Assembly (NCBI RefSeq): GCF_009914755.1
Contig: NC_060947.1
Reading direction: 5' to 3' (one strand)
Source of the DNA: the human T2T-CHM13v2.0 reference genome, Homo sapiens
DNA length: 64,000 nt
Each line of letters opens with the position of its first letter. Positions within the stretch are counted from its first letter, which is position 1. A program made the position numbers and the translations under genes. Of the stretch, positions 1 through 14,509 are shown one piece after another. The notes under the pieces were generated by a model. It ran no database searches. It had not been told where the DNA came from and worked only from the letters and a program-made list of their open reading frames with translations.

Positions 1-15
1 AAATATACATTTCAG

Positions 16-121
16 AATTCTTGAATTACATCAAAAGTGTTTAATTGGATTGAAACAGATATAGAAGTAAACTATTTTTATGTAATCTTTTGGAGAGATT
101 GTTGATTTGTTACATGAGGAA
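16..121 (+). pseudogene. Decayed exon remnant of putative DH-PH (RhoGEF-like) pseudogene
   Basis: Acceptor catttcAG (14-15), donor GAA|GTATGT. Reads ILELHQKCLIGLKQI*K*TIFM*SFGEIVDLLHEE with 3 stops, resembling the DH pattern I.ELH..FL..L....IGDIF. Confidence 0.4.
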
Positions 122-630
122 GTATGTACTTTACAGATGCAGTACCCTTTTGTATGCTTATCACTTTGCTTCTTGACTCTCTCACCAGGTAACTCAAAAC
201 ACAGACAATTTTCTGGCCTATTGATTAGAGACTACACAATCCTCAATATAGTAGATCGTATATCTATCTGCCCTTTTGTAATTCTGCATACAATAAATGT
301 ATTCTGTCTAGGTAGCAAATTCCTGAAGGGTAAAAGTCAGGATTAGCTTAGCCTAATTTAATCCCTAGAATTACTCAGTACCTTTAAAAAGCAACAAATA
401 TCAGTTGATCACTTCCAGTGATGGAACTATCATTTACAAAGTGATTTTGAAGCCAAGTAAACAAAAGTTTACTTGTCAAGAACATTCTCACGGATTCATT
501 ATTATTACCAATCATTTAAAAATCTTGCACATAAGCTGATCTAGAAAGTAAAAAAAAGACAATAAAGAATTTAAAAGCTTATGCAGAAATATTACATATA
601 AATTTTTACTAATTTGCAAATTCATCAAAA

Positions 631-750
631 AGCAAGCACACTTATAATTACCAAACTCCGATATTTACTTGTAAAATGTCGCAGTACAACAGCGAGCATA
701 CTTATAATTACCAAACTCCAACATTTACTTATAAAATGTCACAGTACAAC
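631..750. repeat. 60-bp tandem duplication (2 copies)
   Basis: 631-690 vs 691-750 differ at 6 of 60 positions, all transitions. Confidence 0.95.
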
Positions 751-1174
751 TTTATTGCAGAGTTGGAGTATGTTACTGGGTATGAATAAATAAATTAATA
801 AACAAAATTACTTAAAAGGAGCTATTCCCGGTAGCTAATTATTTACTGAAATATTCCTTAAACACACAGAGGCATACACATATGCAATATGAAGAGTGGG
901 AAAGTGTAGTCTGTGAATACTACACTAGCCATTATTTCCTTAGTTGAGCTCAATTTCAATGATCTTAAAATTGGTAATTGATTAAATTTCTTTGACAGCA
1001 ATATCTATATATGTTTGTTTAGTGAAATCCTAGATGCAGCAGTAGCACTAGCCACATAACCAAAATTTCCAGACTAGTGGAAAATGTGGCTACTGTCATC
1101 ACTGTTATGTGTTAGAAGGGAAGAAAGGGCTAAAAAAGGTTTCCCTTGTTTCTCTCATTTTCCCTTTGTTGAAG

Positions 1175-1412
1175 CTTTGGAATACATTTCAGGCTATCAC
1201 GAAGTTTTCCAACCTACAAGTTAACCTTGGGTAGACTCTTCAAACATAGATCCCTATATTTTCTTACAGAATACAGATGTATAGATGCAATGATTTATGC
1301 AATGTCTTTTGACCCTGAAGAGACAGTTTCCTGCAATTTGGTGTAACAACTGCTATGAAATGACTATTATAAATACTGTCATAATTTCAACATTGGTCAG
1401 CAGCAGCCAAAT
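1175..1412 (+). pseudogene. Decayed exon remnant (putative DH core)
   Basis: Pyrimidine tract then gaAG (1173-74), donor AAT|GTATGA. One frame reads LEYISGYHEVFQ...FMQCLLTLKRQFP, with stops and a probable frameshift. Confidence 0.35.
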
Positions 1413-1516
1413 GTATGATACAAAACTCAAATTTTCCATTGTTTAAAAGTGTATTCATGTCACAATGCAGTTTCTGTATGAAAACTCTTAGTGTAAAATA
1501 TGGATACCATTTTCAG

Positions 1517-1619
1517 ATGACAGAATAGTAGAATCCATAAAGAAAAGCAACAGAAGGAGGAGGATAGTAATTTTCCTTCCTTTCCATTTGCTGCTCTGCT
1601 GAAGAAGTGATCAAGACTG
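1517..1619 (+). pseudogene. Decayed exon remnant (putative DH C-terminal helix)
   Basis: cattttcAG acceptor, TG|GTATGA donor. Reads DRIVESIKKSNRRRRIVIFLPFHLLLC*RSDQD. Its phase-2 end matches the start of the next exon. Confidence 0.45.
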
Positions 1620-1927
1620 GTATGACAGGTAGACATTTAACACATGCAGATTTTTCCTTCTTTGAACATTGACAGGGTGATATCAACATAAATTGGACTG
1701 AAAAAATGTAATTTCAAGAAATGAAATTATTATTTATATACTTTAATTTGTAAAATCATCTCAGGAACTTATTTACAGCTTCAGGGAGGTTTTTAAAGTT
1801 CCCTCTATATTTTTAAAGGGCATAAAATATAGATTTTTTAAAAAAGCTATAGTAAAATTCAAAACATCTGCTAAGTATTGCTAGCACTTAATCTTAAAGA
1901 CTACTGTTTTTAATATTTTTTCTCTAG

Positions 1928-2039
1928 TTTTTATTATATTAACCTTATATAACCAGAACCAAAGAAAGCATTACTAAAGCAACAGCATCGCATTGAAAAC
2001 TTCGGGCTAATATTTACCCATTACTTGCTGTTTTATCAA
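1928..2039 (+). pseudogene. Decayed exon remnant (putative PH start)
   Basis: Strong acceptor ttttttctctAG. Reads FYYINLI*PEPKKALLKQQHRIENFGLIFTHYLLFYQ with one stop. Weak donor CAA|GTGGAA gives phase 0, matching the 11695 exon. Confidence 0.45.
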
Positions 2040-2309
2040 GTGGAAGATGAGTTTAGATCCTCACAAAACCATCTTCCAACTTTTTTGTTAGACATTTTTA
2101 GGAGACAAAGTGTGCTATTCAGTAGTACCCTATTTTTATTTTTTTATTTTTGGAATGACAATGTGAGGAGGAGGTCCTTGTCTATTTGATTAGAATAGAC
2201 TTTGCCACAGAATGTTCCCATAAAATGTTCATAAGTGGTCTTATAAAAATTGCTATATTAAACTACATTTAAAAAAAGTAAGTTAAATACAATTTTTAAA
2301 GACTTATCA

Positions 2310-3190
2310 GGAATGTAAAATGGTACAACTGCTTTGGGAAATTGTCTGGCAATTCCTCAAATGGTTAATTATAGACTTACAATAGGACCCAGTAGTTCCA
2401 TTCTGAGGCACATACCCAAGAGAAATGTAAACATATATTCACATGAATCAACCTAAATACTCATCAACAGTAGACTGGATAAAGAAAATTTGGTACTTAT
2501 ACACCATGGAATACTACACAGCCATAAAAAATAACAAGGTCATGTGCTTTGCAGGAACATGGTTGGAGCTAAGGGACATTATCCTAAGCAAACTAAAACA
2601 AGAACAGGAAATCATATACCACATATTCTCACTTACACATGGGAGCTAAGCATTGGAAACACATGGACACAAGAAGGGCAACAAAAGACACTAGGACCTA
2701 CTTGAGGGTGGAGGATGGGAGGAGGGAGAGGATTAAAAAACTGCTATTGAGCACTATGCTTATTACCTGGGTAAGGAAATAATTTGTACACCTAACCCCT
2801 ATGACACACAGTTTACATAAAACAAACCTGCACATGTACCCTTGAACCTAAAATAAAAATTTTAAAAAAGAAAACATATGTCCATACAAAGACTTAGACA
2901 TGAATGTTCAGAGTGACACTATTGCTAAGAGCAAAAACGTGGAAACAACCTAAATGTCCTCAACCAATGAATAGATAAGCAAAATGTGACATACGCATAC
3001 ACTGGAATATTATTTGATCATAAGGAGGAATGAAGTAGCAATACAAGCTATAATATGGATGAATCTTTAAAACATTATGCCAAGTGAAAGAAACTAGGTA
3101 ATGTATTGTACAATTTTATTTACATGAAGTGTCCAGAACAGGCAAATCCATTGAGACAGAAATTAGATTAGTGTTTGCCAGATAAGCCAA
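2310..3190 (+). mobile_element. Old L1M 3' region interrupted by a 5'-truncated L1PA15-16/L1PB-type 3' end (about 2443-2870)
   Basis: L1 ORF2 C-terminal motif (NQPKYSSTVDWIKKIWYLYTMEYY) and L1 3'UTR. The old L1M 3' terminus appears to resume at about 10620-10750. Confidence 0.8.
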
Positions 3191-3444
3191 TTAATGACAG
3201 TTCTGTGGGAATGAGTCTTTGAAGGACCTCCAACCCTGTTCTGCCTCCTCTGATGTCTGTCAGGTCCCTGGTCATCCCGGTGATTGCAGGATGTTGGTTT
3301 TCAAGGCTACTGTGGAAGTTCATAGGGGGATAATGGAAATAGGGCATATTAAATTGCAACAAAGCTCACTGTTCTCTCCAATATTCAGTTGATTTTCTTG
3401 AATAAGTGGCCACAAATTGCAGCAAGCATGTGGTTAATTGCTAG

Positions 3445-3766
<322 letters not shown>

Positions 3767-3839
3767 TACAGTTTTTAAAATGGTTGATTCTGACACTTAC
3801 TGCTAGTTTTCTCGTTGCTTTTATGGAGGAAATAATTTT

Positions 3840-6800
3840 TTTTTCTTCATTTCTTCTAACAAACAAAAAACGGGATACATGTGCAAAACGTTCAGGTTTG
3901 TTACATAGGTATACGTGTGCAATGGTGGTTTGCTGCACCTGTTGACCCATCTGCTAATTTCCCTCCCCTCACCCCTACCCCTCAACAGGCCCTGGTGTGT
4001 GTTTTTCCCCTCTCTGTGTCCATGGGTTCTCATTGTTCAACTCCCACTTATGAGTGAGAACATGCAGTATTTCGTTTTCTGTTCCTGTGTTAGTTTGCTG
4101 AGGATGATGGCTTCCAGCTTCAACCATGTCCTTGCAAAGGACATGATCTCATTCCTTTTTATGGCTGCATGGTATTCCATGGTGTATATGTACCACTTTC
4201 TTTATCCACTATGTCATTGATGGGAATTTGGGTTGGTTCCATGTCTTTGCTATTGTAAATAGTGCTGCAATAAACATACATGTGCATGTGTCTTTATATT
4301 AGAATGATTTATATTCCTTTCGGTATATACCCAGTAATGGGGTTGCTGGGTCAAATGGTATTTCTGGTTCTATATCCTTGAGGAATCACCATACTGTCTT
4401 TCACAATGGTTGAACTAATTACATTCGCACCAACAGTGTGAAAGCATTCCTATTTCTCCACAGCCTTGCCAGCAACTATTGTAACCTGACTTTTTAATAA
4501 TCACCTTTCTGACTGGCATGAGATGGTATCTCATTGTGGTTTTGATTTGTGTTTCTCTGATGATCAGTGATGTTGAGCTTTTTTTCATATGTTTCTTGGC
4601 CACATAAATGTCTTCTTTTGAGAAGTGTCTGGTCATATCCTTTGCCCACTTTTAAATGGGGTTGTTTGTCTTTTTCTTGTAAATGTGTTTAAGTTCCTTG
4701 TAAATTCTGGATATTAGACGTTTGTCAGGTGGGTAGATTGCAAAAATTTTCTCCCATTCTGTAGGTTGCCTGTTCACTCTGATGATAGTTTTTTGTTTGT
4801 TTGTTTGTTTGTTTCTGTGCAGAAGCTCTTTAGTTTAATTTGGATCCCATTTGTCAATTTTGGTTTTTGTTGCAATTGCTTTTGGCATTTTCATCATGAA
4901 GTCTTTGCCATGCCTATATCCTGAATGGTATTGCCTAGGTTTTCTTCTAGGGTTTTTATGGTTTTGGTTTTACATTTAGGTCTTTAATCCATCTTGAGTT
5001 AATTTTTGTATAAGGTGTAAGGAAGGGGTCCAGTTTCAGTTGTCTGCAAATGGCTAGCCAGTTTTTCCAACACCATTTACTGAGTAGGAGATCCTTTCCC
5101 CATTCCTTGTTTTCGTTAGATTTGTCAAAGATCAGATGGTTGTAGATGTGTCATCCTATTTCTGAGGTCTCTGCTCTGCTCCATTGGTCTATATGTCTGT
5201 TTTAGTAGCAGCATCATGATGTTTTGGTTACTGTAGTCTTGTAGTATTTTTTGAAGTCAGGTAGCGTGATGCCTCCAGTTTTGTTGTTTTTGCTTAGGAT
5301 TATCTTGGCTATACGGGGTCTTCTTTGATTCCATATGAAATTTAAAATAGTTTTTTTCTATTTCTGTGAAGAATGTCAATGGTAGTTTGATGGGAATAGC
5401 ATTGAATCTATAAATTACTTTGGGCAGTATGGCCATTTTCACGATATTAATTCTTTCTATCCATGAGGATGGAATGTTTTTTCCATTTGTTTGTTTCCTC
5501 TCTGATTTCTTTGAGGAGTGGTTTGTAGTTCTCCTTGAAGAGGTCTCTCACATTCCTTGTTAGCTGTATTCCTAGGTATTTTATTCTCTTTGTAGCAGTT
5601 GTGAACGGGTGTTCCTTCATGATTTGACTCTTTGCTTGCCTATTGTTGCTGTAAAAAAATGCTTGTGATTTTTGCACATTGGTTTTGTATCCTGAGACTT
5701 TGCTGAAGTTGCTCATCAGTTCAAGGAGTTTTGGGACTGAGATGATGGGGTTTTCTAAATATAAGATCATGTCTCTGCAAACAGACAACTTAACTTCCTC
5801 TCTTCCTATTGGAATACCCTTTATTTCTTTCTCTTGCCTCATTGCCCTGGCCAGAACTTCCAATACTATGTTGAATAAGAGTGATGAGAGAGGGCATCCT
5901 TGTCTTGTACCAGTTTTCAAAGGGAATGCTTCCAGCTTTTGCCCATTCAGTATGATATTGGCTGTGGATTTGTCATAAATAGCTCTTACTATTTTGAGAT
6001 ACCTTCCATCAATACCTAGTTAATTGAGAGTTTTTAACATGAAGAGATGTTGAATTTTATTGAAGGCCTTTTCTGCATCTATTGAGGTAATCAGGTGGTT
6101 TTTTTCTTTGGTTCTGTTTATGTGATGGATTACGTTTATTGATTTGCATATGTTGAACCAGCCTTGCATCCCAGGGATGAAGCCCACTTGATCATGGTGG
6201 ATAAGCTTTTTGATGTGCTGCTGGATTCAGTTTGCCAGTATTTTATTGAGGATTTTTGCATCAATGTTCATCAGGGATATTGGCCTGAAGTTTTCTTTTT
6301 CTGTTGTATCTGTGCCAGGTTTTGGTGTCAGCATGACGCTAGCTTCATAAAATGAGTTAGGGAGGAGTCCCTCCTTTTCAATTATTTGGAATAGTTTCAG
6401 AGGAAATGGTACCAGCTTTTCTTTGTATTTCTAGTAGAATTCGACTGTGAATTTGTCTGTCCTGGGCTTTTTTGGTTGGTAGGCTATTAACTACTACCTC
6501 AATTTCAGAGCTTGTTATTGGTCTATTCAGGGATTCTTCTTCCTGGTGTACTCTTAGTAGGGTGTATGCATCCAGGAATTCATCCATGTCTTCTAGATTT
6601 TCTAGTTTGTTTGCATAGAGGTGTTTATAGTATTCTCTGATGGTAATTTGTATTTCTTCGGGGTCGGTGGTGATATCTCCTTTATCACTTTTTATTGCAT
6701 CTATTTTATTTTTCTCTCTCTTCTTCTTTATTAGTCTAGCTAGTGGTCTATCTATTTTGTTAAGTTTTTCCAAAAAAAACAGCTCTTGGATTTGTTGATT

Positions 6801-9800
6801 TTTTGGAGGGTTTTTCATGTCTCTATCTCCTTCAGTTCTTCTCTGATCTTAGTTATTTATTTTCTTCTGCTAGCTTTTGGATTAGTTTTCTCTCGCCCCA
6901 CTAGCTCTTTTAATTGTGATGTTAGGGTGTTAATTTGAGATCATTCTAGCTATCTGATGTGGACATTTAGTGCTATAAATTTCCCTCTTAACACTGCTTT
7001 AGCCATGTCCCAGAGATTCTGGTATGTTGTCTCTTTGTTCTCATTGTTTTCAAAGAACTTCTTTATTTCTGCCTTAATTTCCTTATTTACCCATGAGTCA
7101 TTAAGGAGCAGATTGTTCAACTTCATAAAATTGTGTGGTTTTAAGTTAGTTTCTTAATTCTGAGTTCTAATGTGATTGCACAGTGGTCTGAGAGACTGTT
7201 ATGATTCAGTTCTTTTGCATTTGCTGAAGAGTGTTTTACTTCCAATTATATGGTCTATTTTAGAATAAGTGCCATGTGGCACTGAGAAGAATGTATCTTC
7301 TGTTGATTTGAGATCGAGAGTTCCTTTTTTTTTTTTTTTTGAGATGGAGTCTCACTCTGTCGCCCAGGCTGGTGTTGATCTCGGCTCACTGCAACCTCTG
7401 CCTCCCAGGTTAGAGAAATTCTCCTGCCTCAGCCTCCATAGTAGCTGGGATTACAGGCATGCACCCACATGCCCAGCTACTTTTTGTATTTTTAGTAGAG
7501 ACAGGGTTTCACAATGTTGGTCAGACTGGTCTTGAACTCCTGACCTTGTGATCTGCCTGCCTCAGCCTCCCAAAGTGCTGGGATTACAGGCATGAGCCAC
7601 TGTGCCTCGCTGGTAGAGAGTTCTTTAGACATCTCCTAGGCCACTTGCTCCAGAGCTGAGTTCAAGTCCTGAATATCCTTGTTAATTTTCTGTTTGTTGA
7701 TCTGTCTAATACTGACAGTGGGGTGTTAAAGTCTCCCACTATTATTGTGTGGGAGTCTAAGTGTCTTTGTAAGTCTCTAAGAACTTGTTTTATGAATCTG
7801 GGTACTCCTAAATTGGGTTCATGTATATTCAAAGTAGTTAGCTCTTCTTGTTGAATTGTTTCTTTTATCATTATGTAATGCCCTTCTTTGTCTTTTGTTG
7901 GTTTAAACTCTGTTTTATCAGAGACTAGGATTGCAACCCCTGCTTTTTTTCACTTTCCATTTGCTTGGCACATTTTTCTCCATCCCTTTATTTTGAGTCT
8001 GTGTGTGTCTTTGCAGGTAAGATGGGTCTCCTGAATACAGCACACCAATGGTTCTTGACTCCTTATCCAATTTGCTAGTCTCTGTCTTTTAATTGGGGCA
8101 TTTAACCCATTTACATTTAATGTTAGTATTGTTATGTGTGAATTTGATCCTGTTATCATGACACTATTTGGTTATCTTGCACACTTGTTTATGCAGTTTC
8201 TTTGTAGTGTCATTGGTCTTTATATTTTGGTGTGTTTTTGCAGCAGCTGGTACTAGTTTTTCCTTTCTATACTTAGTGCTTCTTTCAGGAGCCCTTGCAG
8301 GGCAGGCCTGCTGGTAAGTGAAATCCCTTAGCATTTGCTTGTCTGGAAAGGATTTTATTTCTCCTTCACTTATGAAGCTTAGTTTGGCTGGATATGAAAT
8401 TCTGGATTGAAAATTCTTTTCTTTAAGAATGTTGAGTATTTGCCCCCAGTCTCTTCTGGCTTGTAGAGTTTCTGCTGAGAGGTCTGCTGTCAGTGTGATA
8501 TGCTTCCCTTTGTAGTTTACCTGGCCTTTCTCTCTGGCTGCCCTTAACAGTTTTTCCTTCATTGCAACCTTGGAGAATCTGAGGATTATGTGTCTTGAGG
8601 TTGATCTTCTCGTGGAGTATCTTAATGGTGTTCTCTGCATTTCCTGAATTTGCATGTTGCCCTGTCTTGCTAGGTTGGGGAAGTTCTCCTGGATAATATC
8701 CTGAATTGTGTTTTCCAGCTTGTTTCCATTCTCCTCATCTCTTTCTGGTACTTCAATCAATCATAGGTTCTGTCTTTTTATGAAGTCCCATATTTCTAGG
8801 AGGCTTTGTTCATTCCTTTTTATTCTTTTTTCTCTATTCTTGTCTGCATGTCTTATTTCAGTAAGGTGGTCTTCAAACTCTGATATCCTTTCTTCTGCTT
8901 TGTCAATTCAGCTGTTGAACTTCATGAAGTTCTTGTTCTGTGCTTTTCAGCTCCATCAGGTTGTTTATGTTCCTCTCTAAACTGGATATTCTAGTTAGCA
9001 ATTCCTCTAACATTTCTTCAAGGTTCTTAGCTTCTTTGCATTGGGTTAGAAAATGCTCCTTTAGCTCACTGTAGTTTTTTATTACCCATCTTCTGAAGCC
9101 TACTTCTGTCAATTCATCCATCTGATCCTCTGTCCAGTTCTGCGCCCTTGATGGAGAGATGTTGTGATCATTTGGAGGACAAGAGGCACTCTGGCCTTTT
9201 GGGTTTTCATCATTTTTTCATTGATTCTTTCTCATCTTCGTGAGTTTGTTTAGTTTCGGTCTTTGAGTATGATGACCCTTGGATGGGGTTTTTGTGGGGG
9301 CTTTTTCATTGTTGTTGTTGTTTGTGCTGTTGTTGCTTTCCTCTTGATTTTCTTTCAATAATTTGGTCCCTCTTCTGTAGGGCTGCTGCAGTTTGCTGGG
9401 GGTTCACTTCAGGCCCTATTCATCTGATTCGCTCCTGTGCCTGGAGATGTTATTCAAGGAGGCTGGAGAGCAGCAAAGCTGGGCGCCTGCTCCTTTTTCT
9501 GGGACCCCTGACCTCAAGGGGCACCAACCCGTTGCCAGCAGGATTGTTTCTTTATACGGTGTCTGACAACCCCTGTCAGAGGGTCTCACCCAGTTGGGTG
9601 GCATGGGGAGCAAGACCCGTTTAATGAAGCACTTTGTCCCTTGGTAGAGAGGGTGTGTTTCACTGGGCGTGGGGGGGAACCCACTGGTCTAGGCTGCCTG
9701 GATTCCTCAGAACTACCAGGAGGAGAGGCTAAGTCTGCTGGTCTGCAGAGACTATGGCCACCCTTCCCCATAGGGGCTCAGACCCAGGGAGATCTGAATT

Positions 9801-10567
9801 CTCTCCCTGAGCCTCTGGCTAGAGTTATTGGAGATCCTGCAGGGAAGCCCTGCCCACTGAGGAAGGATGGGTTGGGGTTAAGCCTGAAGAGGCACTCTGG
9901 CTGCAGACTGCCACAGCTGGTGTGTTGGGCTGTGTGGACAAGTCTTGGGACCAAGCCGTCCAGCCTCCCTGGCTCCAGCAGGGAAAAAGCATGGCTTGGA
10001 GCTATAGAAATTGGTGCCACCCTTCCCCTGCCCAGGGAGCTTAGCATGTTAGGTAATTGAGAGTCCCAATGCTGGCTGTTGACCCTCCCCCAAGGAGCTC
10101 AAGTGGCTTAGACAGCAGGCTGCTTCAGCAGGTGCTGGTCACCCCTCCTGCCAGGAGTTTGGTAGGCTTAGGCAGATTCCTGCTGGGAGGCTGTAAGCAT
10201 CTGTGTGTTCTGGGGTTGGGATGCTAGGCCCTGGTGATGTGGGTTCATGAGTGGGATCTTCCGATCCATGGGTTGCACAGTTCTGTGGAAAAAGCACAGT
10301 TTCCTTGGCTGGGTAGTGCACTCACTCACCACCTCCCTTGGCTGGGAAGTAGGGGTTCCCCTTCCCCATGTGGCTCTCAGTTGGGCCCCACACCACACTG
10401 CTCTTCCTTCTCCCCGTGGGTCATACCAGCCTTGTAGTCAATTTTGATGAGAGAACCTGGATACCTTGGTTGCCCATGAAGGATTCACACGCTTATTATG
10501 GGTTTTTTTTTGGTGGGAGCCTCCAAACGCAGCTGCTTCTAGTTGGCCACCTTGGCCCCCTTCCATC
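3840..10567 (-). mobile_element. Full-length decayed LINE-1 (L1PA8A-like)
   Basis: 5'UTR start GGGGGCCAAGGTGGCCAACTAGAAGCAGC on -. ORF1 fragments (8164-8760, 8903-9121), ORF2 EN (MITGSNSHITILTLNVNGLN) and RT fragments. 13-bp TSD aggaaataatttt at 3827-3839 and 10568-10580. Confidence 0.95.
7325..7612 (-). mobile_element. AluS nested in L1 ORF2
   Basis: Poly-T plus Alu body, TSD about gagagttc. Confidence 0.95.
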
Positions 10568-10791
10568 AGGAAATAATTTTCATGGATCCTTACTGTGCTA
10601 TTTTTGCTGGTGTCCTTGGACTTCTTTTTGGGGTGATGAAAATCTTCTGGAGTTAGATAGTAGTGATGGTTGTCAAACTCTGTAAATATGCTTAAAAATA
10701 CTGAAGTACACATTTTAAAAGGATGACTATGGTATGTGAATGTTTTAATAAGTTTTATTATTTGTATTTGCTATTTATATATTATTATATA

Positions 10792-11240
10792 TGTTAAGGC
10801 TAACAGACCAGGAGATGACTGCTATTGAGAAAAGTTTGTTGTTCACAGATCCAAATAGGAATGGGCATGCCATGTTACTGGAGGATAGAGTGTGGTACAT
10901 GGAAAGCACCAAGGTCTTCGGATCTTCGTATGAGGCAGGGCAAACAAGTTTTGGATTGGTTAGTCAGAATAATTTCAATGGGCTCTAGGGTTTAGGGGCT
11001 GTACCTAGTTGTCTGGTACCTGGTCCTATGGTGATTATGGCAGGCAGACAGTGGTCTGAAGTGTCAGAGCCCAATAAAGGAAGTGGTTCGGATATTGGCT
11101 GTCGATTGGTTGATTTGCATTTGGAAGGTGCACTCACAGGCAAATTGTTTGCTATCTCTAGGAATTGTCTAACCCTAGGAGGGGTAGTGCCTCGAAGATT
11201 AGCAAGGTCCGAGATGTCAAAATATTAGAATACAGAAAAT
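10792..11240. mobile_element. ERVL-type LTR (MER76-like)
   Basis: Starts tgttaaggctaacagaccaggagatgactgctattga, similar to the recalled MER76 consensus. Subfamily and end uncertain. Confidence 0.55.
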
Positions 11241-11694
11241 AAAAGACATGGTTAATATAGTTAATTGTATAGTTAATAATAGCTAATAATATAGTTAATT
11301 ATATAGCAATAAATAAGACTTCTCAGAGCCTTTAATAGTATCCTATACTATGAAGCTCTAAGTAATAATTATATGTTATTTTCTCAATTATTGGCCATGG
11401 AATCATGTGTGTGAGGAGCGGGTGGAGCCTTTCATGAGACTAAGATCCTAGGAAATACACTTTGAGAAACACTAGACTAGAATATTCTGTCCCTTGAAGA
11501 AAGAAAGTAATTCTTTTGGGGATTCTTTACATTTATCAATGATTTGGAGGAATCTGAATATGTCTATAGTGTCTATTATAGTGCTATCCTAGACCTACAG
11601 ATCTAAGATAGAATGTGTCAAACAGAAGGCAAGGGAATTAAGTGTGTTGATGTAATGTGATGAACAGTATCTCTGAACTTAAATTTTCTTTCAG

Positions 11695-12981
<1,287 letters not shown>

Positions 12982-13180
12982 GTAAGATTTTCAAACTCGC
13001 TTCAACTACTTTTGTAAATTATGTATAATTTTCCAGACAAGCAGATTTTCATCAGTGAATTCATTTTCAAACTTACCACCTGGAAATCTGTTTCTTTATA
13101 TCCCATAAGGTATCAGCTTTTTCTAAGAGAATTGGGGAGTTCCCTACAATTGTAAGCCTAATATTTGGTGATTACAGTAT

Positions 13181-14509
13181 TGAGAGGTGACAATGTGCTA
13201 GCAGCCCTTGCTCACTCTCAGTGCCTCCTTGGCCTCGGCGTCCACTCTGGCCATGCTTCAAGAGCACTTCAGCCCGTGGCTGCACTGTGGGAGCCCCTCT
13301 CTGGGCTGGCCGAGGCCAGAGCCAGCTCCCTCTGCTTGCCGGGAGGTGTGGAGGGAGAGGCGAGGCGGGAACCGGGGCTGCACGTGGTGCTTGCGGGCCA
13401 GGGCAAGTTCCAGGTGGGCGTGGGCTCGGCAGGCCCTGCACTCTTGGAGTGGCCCTGGGCTGTGAGGGGCTTAGCACCTGGGCCAGCAGCTGCAGAGCGT
13501 GCATCAGGTCCCCCAGCACTGCCGGCCCGCCTGCACCTTGCTTGAATTCTCGCCGGGCCTCAGCCGCCTCCCCACGGGGCAGGGATCAAGACCTGTAGCC
13601 TGCCATGCCCAAGCCCCCCCCCCCCACCACCGTGGCCTCCCACTTGGCCCGAGCCTCCCTGATAGGTGCCACCCCCTGCTCCGCTAAAGAGTGCAGGCCC
13701 GTGGAGTGGGACTGGCGGGCAGCTCCACCTGTGGCCTCAGCGAGGGATCCATAAGGCAAAGCCAGCTGGGCTCCTGAGTAGGGTGGGGTCTTGGAGAATT
13801 TTTATGTCTGGCTGGAGGATTGTAAATGCACCAATCAGCACTCTGTGTCTAGCTCAGGTTTTGTGGATGCACCAATCAGCACTCTGTATCTAGCTAGTCT
13901 GGTGGGGACTTGGAGAACTTTTATGTCTAGCTAGAGGATTGTAACTGCACCAATCAGCACTTTGTGTCTAGCTCAAGGTTTGTAAAGGTACCAGTCAAAA
14001 TGGACCAATCAGCTCTCTGTAAAATGGACCAATCAGCAGGATGTGGGTGGGGTCAGATAAGGGAATAAAAGCAGGCTGCCTGAGCCAGCAGCTGCAACCC
14101 CCTTGGGTCCTTTTCCACGCTGTGGAAGCTTTGTTCTTTCACTCTTCGTAATATATCTTGCTGCTGCTCACTCTGGGTCTGCGAAGTCTTTAAGAGCTGT
14201 AACACTCACCCTGAAGGTCTGCAGCTTCACTCCTGAAGCCAGCGAGACCATGAACCCACCGGTAGGTACGAACAACTCCAGATGTGCTGCCTTTATGAGC
14301 TGTAACACTCACCATGAAGGTCTGTGGCTTCACTCCTGAAGCCAGCGAGACCACGAACCCACCAGAAGGAAGAAACTCCAGACACGTCTGAACATCAGAA
14401 GGAACAAACTCCGGACACACCATCTTTAAGAACTGTAACACTCACCATGAGGGTCCACAGCTTCATTCTTGAAGTCAGTGAGACCAAGAACCCACCAATT
14501 CTGGACACA
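13181..14509 (+). mobile_element. Solo LTR12 (ERV9/HERV9 LTR, LTR12C/D-like)
   Basis: TGAGAGGTGAC...GGACACA termini, 4-bp TSD gtat, GC-rich U3, repeated gcaccaatcagcac units, U5 repeats ctgtaacactcacc. Confidence 0.95.
13825..14075 (+). promoter_or_regulatory. LTR12 enhancer/promoter: CCAAT array, GATA site and AATAAAA TATA-like box
   Basis: Five CCAATCAG motifs at about 13831, 13872, 13950, 14005 and 14029, then gataagggaataaaagc at about 14057-14073. Confidence 0.7.

Noticed and set aside
13165-13893. Several overlapping GC-rich ORFs
   Set aside because: All lie in LTR12 U3 and are expected from high GC content.
13825-14460. Regularly spaced repeats resembling a CRISPR array
   Set aside because: They are the standard U3/U5 tandem units of LTR12. 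There are no unique spacers or cas genes, and the context is eukaryotic.
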